Shown piece after piece: positions 58,022 through 64,000 of a stretch of DNA of 64,000 bases. The DNA comes from Myxococcota bacterium. Lineage in GTDB: Bacteria; Myxococcota_A; SURF-8. Every line of letters starts with the position of its first letter. The first letter of the stretch is position 1. Below the pieces are notes generated by a model. It ran no database searches and had not been told where the DNA came from. It was given only the letters and a program-made list of their open reading frames with translations. The translations under genes and the position numbers were made by a program. The stretch covers positions 2,240,001 to 2,304,000 of the forward strand of contig CAXXQS010000001.1 in the NCBI GenBank assembly GCA_963674735.2, written 5' to 3'.

Positions 58022-58138
58022 ATGGAAAAGTACAGAAGAAAGAACAAGCACTATAACGATCCGGGTCATGTGCATGAATTGACGTTTTCCTGTTATCGCT
58101 GTTTACCGCTATTGAAAAATGAGCGTTCCCCGTGTTGG
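58022..58138 (+). pseudogene. Truncated REP-associated tyrosine transposase (RAYT/Y1), N-terminal fragment
   Basis: MEKYRRKNKHYNDPGHVHELTFSCYRCLPLL resembles the RAYT N-terminus (H.LTFSCY.R.PLL); no HUH motif or catalytic Tyr follows. Confidence 0.7.
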
Positions 58139-58951
58139 AGCGCGTCTGCGACGGGCTCCAGGCTTTCCGTCCGTTTTTCGCTCCCTGCGCCGTTGTGGCA
58201 ATTGGCCGTGACACACGAACTTCGTCGATTCGACAAAATCGAGTGGACAGGCCTAATTTTTGCCGCTTTACCGGGTGCAGATCGTTTTTCGCTCAAAGCG
58301 CTCGCTGCGCCGTTTAACGGGAGCCGTTTTCGCTTTTCGCGAAATCATTGGGTTTTTCGGCCTCAAATCGAGGGGTAAAGTAGCAATCCACGGGAAATAC
58401 TAGGTTGGGCGTAATACGTCACATCGATGCAGCCGGGGAGCGTGCGTTTCGCGGTCGGCTCCCAGCCCGGAAACGTGAAGCCATTCGCCGTTGTATAACT
58501 GTTTCGCTTGTGTTCTCAGTATGTTAAGCGCCACTCGAAGAATTTCGAATCGGGCGAATACACCCGCTGCGGAGGCTCGAAAAACGCGATTGGCCCCTGG
58601 ACCTATAGTATACTAAATATAATATATATAATATCCTCATGTTATGAACAACGAAACAGCTGATATCACAGGGAAATCCGGAAACCAGCCGGACAGAGTC
58701 GAACTAGCATCGAAAAATACGGACGAAACACATCATTTTCACTGTAATACCATCTACTTGCAAAGGTGGTGGCGAGAAAAGGAGGACCTTTTCGTCGTCT
58801 TTTCCCTTGGCTCAACCCCGGAGATGGGACGGCCGCCGTCTGCGGGACGTAGCAAGGGCGGTTTGAGCCGCCTGTCGGTCTGGTGGACCAAGCTTGGCAG
58901 CGTGCCGAAGCGCATTGAAAAGGGAATTCCCAAACCCGCTCCGCCCGCTTG

Positions 58952-59566
58952 TCAGAATGAGAGACCTCGACGACCGATGGTCCAACGGATGTAAAGCATC
59001 GCACCCGTCATGACCGGTGGAACATCGAAGGCATGACCGTCGTTGCCAGTCATGTCATCACGGAAATGCAGGTTGATCGGCGCACTAACACCCGCTCCGA
59101 TGGAGCCGAGATCGGTATGGTAGATGTATTGCAGGTGGGGTTCAAGCGACAGGGTTGGATGAAAGGCGTTCATGTGAAACAGGAAGTAGTCCATACCCAC
59201 AAACGCGCCGATCTGCAGATCGTGACGAAAATCCGCCGACAGCGGGATGCGCAGCCCACCGCGCGTTCCCAAACCTACAAAACCGGCGAAAAAAACGGGG
59301 TGCAGTTCCAGCACGCTCCAGTAGGCGTAGGGCCAGTACAGGTTGAAAAACAACAGATCGACCTTCACGGTACCGCGCTCGACCTTCACCTCTCCGTCCT
59401 GCGCGTCGATATTGAAAAAGAGACCGCCGCCGCCGATGTTCATGCCGAACCATTCGACGCCCCGTTCCAGCGGCGAGCCCACCTCGACCTCTTCGGCCAT
59501 CACCAAACCCGCCGGAGGCAGCACCAGCATCACCATCGACAAGAATAGACTAAGCGCAGCTTTCAT
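58952..59566 (-). CDS. Exported protein, probable small outer-membrane beta-barrel
   Basis: Signal peptide (VMA-E); about eight amphipathic Gly/aromatic-rich strands; RBS GAGG; 17 bp downstream of the SxtJ-family gene. Confidence 0.6.
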   Translation of the reverse strand: MKAALSLFLSMVMLVLPPAGLVMAEEVEVGSPLERGVEWFGMNIGGGGLFFNIDAQDGEVKVERGTVKVDLLFFNLYWPYAYWSVLELHPVFFAGFVGLGTRGGLRIPLSADFRHDLQIGAFVGMDYFLFHMNAFHPTLSLEPHLQYIYHTDLGSIGAGVSAPINLHFRDDMTGNDGHAFDVPPVMTGAMLYIRWTIGRRGLSF

Positions 59567-59583
59567 CCCGCCTCATCACATTT

Positions 59584-59985
59584 TCAGTATTGCCGTTCGT
59601 AGTGCGTGCGGTCGTAGGGTTCGTCGCCGACACGCGTCCAATAACTGGCCGCTTGGCGGTCGAGCTTGCGTTTCAGTGGATCGCGGCCGATCAGCCGAAA
59701 CAGCAATCCCAGCGGTGTAAACGCCACCAGGAAAATCAAGCCCAGCAACACGCGCGTGTTCACCCAACCAAGGACCAGCCCCAGCAGCGTAAACACGATG
59801 TAAAGCGGCGTGATGACGATGGGAAAGGCGATGGCGAACAGTCCATAGAAGGAAAAGCCGGTCAAGACCGCCGCCGTCGTGAAGCTTTCTTTGTAATAAA
59901 ACAAACCCGCCAGCGCCCCGGCGATGATCAGGATGCCGATGGCGAAAATGCGCAGGTCTTTTTTCGTTCGTACTTTCGTATGCAT
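59584..59985 (-). CDS. SxtJ family membrane protein
   Basis: KDLRIFAI, LGLVLGWVNTRVLLGLIF...TPLGLLFRLIGRDPL, SYW, ERQY; follows a carbamoyltransferase. Confidence 0.85.
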   Translation of the reverse strand: MHTKVRTKKDLRIFAIGILIIAGALAGLFYYKESFTTAAVLTGFSFYGLFAIAFPIVITPLYIVFTLLGLVLGWVNTRVLLGLIFLVAFTPLGLLFRLIGRDPLKRKLDRQAASYWTRVGDEPYDRTHYERQY

Positions 59986-59998
59986 AGGCGGACCTCAC

Positions 59999-61822
59999 TC
60001 AGTCGAGTTCAAACTCGGTCATCCAGTCGGAATCGTGCTCCAGCGGCTTCTGCTCGGTTTTGTCCAGCAGGTACGAGCCCATGATCAGGTAATCCATATT
60101 CGTGCGCATGAAGCACACGAAGGCATCTTTGGGCGTGCACACGATGGGTTCGCCGCGCACGTTGAAGGAAGTGTTGATGATCACCGGACAGCCGGTTTTC
60201 TCGAAAAACGCCTTGATCATGGCGTGATAGCGCGGATTATCCAGGTGGTTGACCGTCTGCAGACGGGCGGAGTAGTCCACGTGCGTGATGGCGGGCACTT
60301 CCGAGCGCACCACGTTGAGTTTCTCGATCCCGAACAAGCGCCGGGCGCTTTCGTCCATCTCCGTGCAGCGCTCCTTTTTCACCTGCGCCACCTGCAGCAT
60401 ATAGGGCGATTCGCGGTCGATCTCGAACCAGTCGGACACCTGTTCGGCCATCACCGAGGGCGCGAAAGGCCGAAACGACTCGCGGAACTTGATCTTGAGG
60501 TTCATCACCTCCTGCATCTTGGGGCTGCGCGCGTCGCCGATGATACTACGCGCGCCCAAGGCGCGCGGACCGAATTCCATGCGTCCCTGGAACCAACCCA
60601 CCACCTTCTGATCCACGATCAGATCCGACACGCGGTCGGCGACGGTGGCTTCGGAACCCAGTTTGCTATAGGGAAAGCCGTTTTCGTCCAGGAAAGCCTG
60701 GATTTCGTCGTCGTTGAACTCCGGCCCCAGGTAGGTGGCATGCTGCAACTCGTTGCGGCCGTTGAATTCGCGCGGGTTATTGAGGTAGCTGTACCAGATC
60801 AGAGTGGCGGCTCCCAAGGCTCCGCCCGCGTCGCCGGCGGCCGGCTGAATCCAGATATCCTCGAAGGGCCCTTCGCGCAGAATACGACCGTTGGCCACAC
60901 AGTTGAGCGCCACGCCTCCGGCCATGCACAGATATTTCTCCCCGGTTTCCTTGTGGATGTGACGCGCCATGCGCAGCATGGATTCTTCCGTCACCACCTG
61001 CACCGAACGCGCGAGGTCCATTTCTTTCTGGGTGAGCGTGCTCTCCGGCTTGCGCGGCGGACCGCCGAACAGCTTGTCGAAGCGGCGGTTGGTCATGGTG
61101 AGACCGGCGGCGTAGTTGAAGTATTTCATGTTGAGGGCGAACGAGCCGTCCTCTTTGAGGTCGATCAACTCATCGTATATCAGATCCACATACTTCGCGT
61201 CGCCATAGGGCGCCAGACCCATGATCTTGTATTCACCGCTATTGACGCGGAAGCCGGTGTAATAGGTGAACGCGCTGTAGAGCAACCCGATGGAGTGCGG
61301 AAAATGAATTTCCGATTGCAGCCGCACCCGGTTGCCGTTGCCGATCCCCACACTGGTGGTGGTCCACTCGCCCACCCCGTCGGCGGTTAAAATCGCGGCG
61401 CGTTTGTAGGGCGAGGGATAGAAGGCGCTGGCGGCGTGGCTTTCGTGGTGCGAGGCGAACAACACCTGCCCCTTGTAGCCGGGAACCGCTTTGTGGATCA
61501 CCTCGCGCATGAAAATCTTCTGCTTCATCCATACCGGGATGGCTTTCAGAAAGCTCTTGAAGCCGGACGGCGCATAGGTGATGTAGCTTTCCAACAAGCG
61601 TTCGAATTTCAGAAACGGCTTGTCGTAAAACACCACGTGGTCCAGTTCGGCCGCCGTGATTCCGGCATGCTTCAGGCAATAGTCGATGGCCAGATTGGGA
61701 AAGCGGAAGTCATGCTTTTTACGGGAAAAGCGTTCCTCCTGCGCCGCGGCAACCAAGTCGCCATCGCGAAGCAGACAGGCGGCGCTGTCGTGATAAAAGG
61801 CCGAAATTCCGAGAATATTCAT
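59999..61822 (-). CDS. O-carbamoyltransferase (NodU/CmcH/SxtI family)
   Basis: MNILGISAFYHDSAA, QEERFSRKKH, HHESHAASAF, DGVGE, GEYKIMGLAPYG, GGVALNC, EFGPRALG, FRESFRPFAP, NTSFNVRGEP. Confidence 0.96.
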   Translation of the reverse strand: MNILGISAFYHDSAACLLRDGDLVAAAQEERFSRKKHDFRFPNLAIDYCLKHAGITAAELDHVVFYDKPFLKFERLLESYITYAPSGFKSFLKAIPVWMKQKIFMREVIHKAVPGYKGQVLFASHHESHAASAFYPSPYKRAAILTADGVGEWTTTSVGIGNGNRVRLQSEIHFPHSIGLLYSAFTYYTGFRVNSGEYKIMGLAPYGDAKYVDLIYDELIDLKEDGSFALNMKYFNYAAGLTMTNRRFDKLFGGPPRKPESTLTQKEMDLARSVQVVTEESMLRMARHIHKETGEKYLCMAGGVALNCVANGRILREGPFEDIWIQPAAGDAGGALGAATLIWYSYLNNPREFNGRNELQHATYLGPEFNDDEIQAFLDENGFPYSKLGSEATVADRVSDLIVDQKVVGWFQGRMEFGPRALGARSIIGDARSPKMQEVMNLKIKFRESFRPFAPSVMAEQVSDWFEIDRESPYMLQVAQVKKERCTEMDESARRLFGIEKLNVVRSEVPAITHVDYSARLQTVNHLDNPRYHAMIKAFFEKTGCPVIINTSFNVRGEPIVCTPKDAFVCFMRTNMDYLIMGSYLLDKTEQKPLEHDSDWMTEFELD

Positions 61823-62046
61823 AGGATGTTCACCCGATCCCCGCAGAATTGTGAATGATTGTTTTTCAATGCGTGAGCGTCCATCACTCACGCCGCAACG
61901 ACCTGGAAGAAGATGGGATTTCCTACCAGATTTCTTCCCGATTGGCAACTCCTTTCCAAAAGTGAGCCGCTTCCGGACGTTATCAGTGCCCCCCGATCCT
62001 GGATCGAATGAATATTTTCGACCGGATAGGCCGATTTAGGCGTGGC

Positions 62047-64000
62047 TTACGCAGGCTCGGCGGCTGGAATAAACAGGGTAAAGCGGCTGCCTTTCCCCGG
62101 AATCGATTTCGCGATAATCGTTCCGCTGTGCTGCTGCAAAATGCCGAAAGCGGTCGACAAGCCCAGACCACGGCCTTCGTGCTTGGGCCGGGTGGTGAAG
62201 AAAGGATCGAAGATGTGGGTCAACGTATCGGAATCCATACCGAAACCGCTGTCGCTGATTTCGATCGCGATATATTCTCCAGGCAACACCCCCGCCTCTC
62301 CGTCCCCACGAAGCACCACGTGGTTGAAGGCGCGTAAATCCAATCGGCCACCCTCGGGCATGGCTTCCTGGCTGTTCCCGGCCAATTGCACGAGCACGGC
62401 TTCGATTTGCCCGATATCCGCCAGCATCCAGGCCGGATCGGCTAAGCCGGTAACGCGGACCTCGATATTTTTTCCCAGCTGCCAACTTAAAACGCGCGCT
62501 TGCCGCTGCAACAACAGGTTGACATCCACCGGCTCCGTTTGGATGATCTGCTTGCGGCTGAAAGCCAACAATTGTTGCGTCAACTGCGCCGCCCGCTCGG
62601 CCGCACGACCGATATCCCGCAACATGTCTTCGAGCGGCAGCCCCGCCGATAAATCCATCAAAGCCAGTTCGACATTCCCCGTGATGCTCGTCAACAGATT
62701 GTTGAAATCGTGCGCAATACCACCCGCCAGGCGTCCGACCGCTTCCAAGCGCCGACTTTGCTCCAACTGCTCGTGCAGGCGGTCCGCTTCCTGCTCGGCC
62801 AAACAACGCTGATAAGCCAACGAAGCCTGGTTGATAAAGGTTTCAACCACCTGCGTGTTCAATTCCGCTCCTTCTCCCAAAACGATCCCAGCCGACCCGA
62901 ACAGGCGATTTTTACGTGCAAACCCCATCGAAAACACCAGACCGACGCCCAATTGCGCCTCCAACTCCCGGCTACGCTCGCGCCCAAGACGACAGAAGGC
63001 CAGTTCGTCCAGCCCCCCTTCCAGACAAACCAAACGGCCCTCCAGCAAATGCTCGCGGGAGGATGGGTCATCCAAAGGAAAAGATTGCCCGATGGGATCC
63101 CAACCAACCCATTGTGTCACCATCTCGCGGGGTGCCTCCGGGCAAACGATTTCCCGACAGATCAAGCCGTTGGACTTCTCATCGAATTCCGTTAACACAA
63201 TGGCCCGCGCATGTGTCAGGCGAAGTAACTGTTCGGCCACCCGAAGATGAAACGTCTCCAGGGAGATCGATTCCACAAAGCGCCAGGCCGCATCCGAAAG
63301 GATTTTCAGATTATGCGCGTTTTCCCGTTCGCGTTTTTCGCTGGCACGCAGCGCGGATTCCGCTTCATAGCGGGGGGTGATATCGCGTCCGAATCCGCAC
63401 AGCCCGAAAATACGCCCATCAGCGCGTCTCAGCGGCACTTTCACCGTATGCATGCGGCGTGTTCCGCTCTTGACATGCAAAGTCTGTTCGACATCAACCG
63501 TCTCACCGGAGAAAGCCCGCTCGTCTTCCATTTTCCAGCTACCATCGGAAAAGCCACCCAGCAAGTCATCGTGGCAGCGCCCCACAATCTCGCTGGACGG
63601 CATCCCATAAAGAGCTTCGACCACCGGGTTAACCCGCACGTATCGGCCTTCGAGGTCTTTGATGAAAATCGAGTCTGTCGCCGTCTCGAACACAGCCCGC
63701 AGCATTTCCTCCGAAGCTTGGCGCTTGAGGTTTTCCAGATGCCGCACCGTCACGTCTTTCAGAATGGAAATATACCCGTTAAACCCCCACTCCGGCATCG
63801 CCAGGCGACTCAACGACCAGTCCACCCAAACATGCTGCCCCCAGCGGGTACGCTGTTCGACCAATCCACGCCAATTCCCCGACTCCACAATCTGCCGATG
63901 AATCTTTTTTCGGAAATCGGAATGATCGGGATCGGGATCGGGAAAAAGATCCCAGATCAGCCGCCCTTTCGCATTTCGGGCTTCCGTTCCGAAAAGACGT
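62047..64000 (-). CDS. PAS/GAF sensor histidine kinase (5' end beyond the window)
   Basis: Frame stays open to position 64000; two PAS domains, a GAF-like region, GGIAHDFNNLL, LLAFSRKQ, FDPFFTT, GRGLGL; no receiver domain. Confidence 0.9.
   Translation of the reverse strand, partial: RLFGTEARNAKGRLIWDLFPDPDPDHSDFRKKIHRQIVESGNWRGLVEQRTRWGQHVWVDWSLSRLAMPEWGFNGYISILKDVTVRHLENLKRQASEEMLRAVFETATDSIFIKDLEGRYVRVNPVVEALYGMPSSEIVGRCHDDLLGGFSDGSWKMEDERAFSGETVDVEQTLHVKSGTRRMHTVKVPLRRADGRIFGLCGFGRDITPRYEAESALRASEKRERENAHNLKILSDAAWRFVESISLETFHLRVAEQLLRLTHARAIVLTEFDEKSNGLICREIVCPEAPREMVTQWVGWDPIGQSFPLDDPSSREHLLEGRLVCLEGGLDELAFCRLGRERSRELEAQLGVGLVFSMGFARKNRLFGSAGIVLGEGAELNTQVVETFINQASLAYQRCLAEQEADRLHEQLEQSRRLEAVGRLAGGIAHDFNNLLTSITGNVELALMDLSAGLPLEDMLRDIGRAAERAAQLTQQLLAFSRKQIIQTEPVDVNLLLQRQARVLSWQLGKNIEVRVTGLADPAWMLADIGQIEAVLVQLAGNSQEAMPEGGRLDLRAFNHVVLRGDGEAGVLPGEYIAIEISDSGFGMDSDTLTHIFDPFFTTRPKHEGRGLGLSTAFGILQQHSGTIIAKSIPGKGSRFTLFIPAAEPA

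Noticed and set aside
59584-61822. Saxitoxin biosynthesis cluster
   Set aside because: No sxtA, sxtG or other core genes; the SxtI/J families are widespread.

Overview
Gene-dense window of a bacterial chromosome with moderately high GC. The gene families (rubrerythrin/desulfoferrodoxin, DVU0298-like, PEGA protein with a WWFW anchor, acidic-tether lipoproteins) suggest an anaerobic or microaerophilic deltaproteobacterium (Myxococcota/Desulfobacterota-like); this is inference. In order it holds: siroheme genes (cobA, partial, and sirC); a 7-gene iron/oxidative-stress cluster; tRNA-Ile2(CAT); zinc-ribbon, Mrp and two hydrolase genes; glyQS; cell-envelope genes; a split transketolase; a coaX-hypothetical-lonC operon and a TetR gene; a three-gene transhydrogenase; a CoA-transferase-GNAT / ADP-forming acetate-CoA ligase / DRTGG operon; nadB; an M32 carboxypeptidase; an NHLRC2-like protein; mscS; a carbamoyltransferase-SxtJ module; and three histidine kinases with no response regulator in the window. 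I saw no CRISPR array, rRNA, integrase or intact transposase. The most unusual signals are: (1) a ~1 kb AT-rich one-gene insert in the 3' end of a lactonase-family gene, flanked by a perfect 43-bp duplication and carrying three GT(A/G)G REP-like hairpins; (2) a truncated RAYT transposase plus mscS bracketed by 20-bp near-identical repeats; (3) a DGD-rich tether shared by unrelated lipoproteins; (4) a cluster with five ferritin-fold genes. All calls come from reading motifs by eye; no database searches were run.
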